Positions 25,537-26,278 of a stretch of DNA of 26,278 nucleotides are shown here, piece after piece; the first letter of the stretch is position 1; each line of letters opens with the position of its first letter. Under the pieces are notes generated by a model that had not been told where the DNA came from, searched no databases, and saw only the letters and a list, made by a program, of their open reading frames with translations. Location: the NCBI GenBank assembly GCA_038046625.1, contig JBBSVV010000004.1, forward strand, positions 1 through 26,278, read 5' to 3'. This DNA comes from an archaeon (GTDB taxonomy: Archaea > Iainarchaeota > Iainarchaeia > Iainarchaeales > Iainarchaeaceae). A program made the translations under genes and the position numbers.

Positions 25537-26025
25537 TCAAGGTAAAAGGCCAATGGACTCTTTTAGTGATGGCACTATTTTTTCATTATTTTTTACAAGA
25601 TTTTTTAGCTCGTTTTTGGTTAATAGTTTCGTTTCTGCGACTTCATCTTTATCAAACGAAATTTGCCCGTTTAGTTGGCAGGTGTAGAATGACATTATGA
25701 AGTAGTCAGGGTATTCAGTGTCATTTATTATTTTTTTCCCAATGAATTTCAAGTTTTTTGGTTCTGTGCCGAGTTCTTCTTTTACTCCTCTTTTGGCTGC
25801 TTGCTCGTATGTTTCTCCTGATTTTACCGTTTCTTCTACTATTGCCCAGTTGCTTGGCCTGATTTTTTTGTTGGGGCTTCTTTTTTGTAAAACAATTTTG
25901 TTTTTTGAGAAAACGTAAATTCCAGCGCAGCGATAAAGCAACCCGTTTTCATTGACTTCTTTTCTAGGGGCGGTGCCTATTACTTCGTCTTTCTCGTTGA
26001 CCAAGTCCAGGATTCCTTCGGCCAT
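25537..26025 (-). CDS. NUDIX hydrolase (YfcD/IDI-1-like scaffold) with degenerate Nudix box
   Basis: 'DLVNEKDEVIG', 'LQKRS..K...P..W' and 'GETYEQAAKRGVKEELG'. SD GGAG upstream. Confidence 0.85.
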   Translation of the reverse strand: MAEGILDLVNEKDEVIGTAPRKEVNENGLLYRCAGIYVFSKNKIVLQKRSPNKKIRPSNWAIVEETVKSGETYEQAAKRGVKEELGTEPKNLKFIGKKIINDTEYPDYFIMSFYTCQLNGQISFDKDEVAETKLLTKNELKNLVKNNEKIVPSLKESIGLLP

Positions 26026-26278
26026 GATTATCTCCTGTAAATGGTTGCCTTAATAGTGTTTTTATTTCTGTTCTTGATAGTGTTTCGTGTTGTTTTTCGT
26101 ATTCTTTTTTGTGTTCTTTGTCTGTTACCACATACAACCATTGCTTTAGAAAAATGTGGATAAAGCCTCGATAACTTTTGAGAGCATTACTTTCAGGTAC
26201 TGCCCTTCTTGAGTGGCACGGGGTAGGTTTATTAACACATTCTTGAATGCTTATTTCATACATTGAATTGCATTAACG

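Noticed and set aside
25537..26025. Calling the NUDIX gene idi (type-1 IPP isomerase)
   Set aside because: The metal-binding His residues and catalytic Cys motif are absent.
25964..26263. 99-aa minus-strand ORF upstream of the NUDIX gene
   Set aside because: It overlaps the NUDIX start by 62 nt, has no recognisable motif, and neighbouring frames look fragmentary. It is possibly a remnant but cannot be supported.

Overview
Archaeal chromosomal segment. The gene set (FEN1, EndA, archaeal TrpRS, L40e, DGGGP synthase, COG1395 regulator) and the compact layout, with TATA boxes about 25-30 nt upstream of start codons, point to an archaeon. A DPANN lineage such as Iainarchaeota/Diapherotrites or Micrarchaeota is my inference, not proven. 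The housekeeping backbone is mixed with bacterial-looking anabolic and salvage genes (ilvD, folC, alkD, thiN-thiBPQ, a phosphonoacetaldehyde-reductase-like Fe-ADH) and with several basic orphan proteins that keep degenerate enzyme folds. Elements missing from the ORF track: (1) a complete box C/D sRNA with its own promoter at ~4601-4670; (2) a four-box alternating inverted-repeat array with a compensatory base change between endA and trpS (9066-9156); (3) a long hairpin over the bcp 3' end; (4) rpl40e; (5) a tRNA-Glu(TTC) with two A-C stem mismatches, followed by an AT-rich island-like region. A standalone short alpha3-truncated ('face-to-face'/bacterial-type) histone is also present. No CRISPR array, integrase or transposase was seen.
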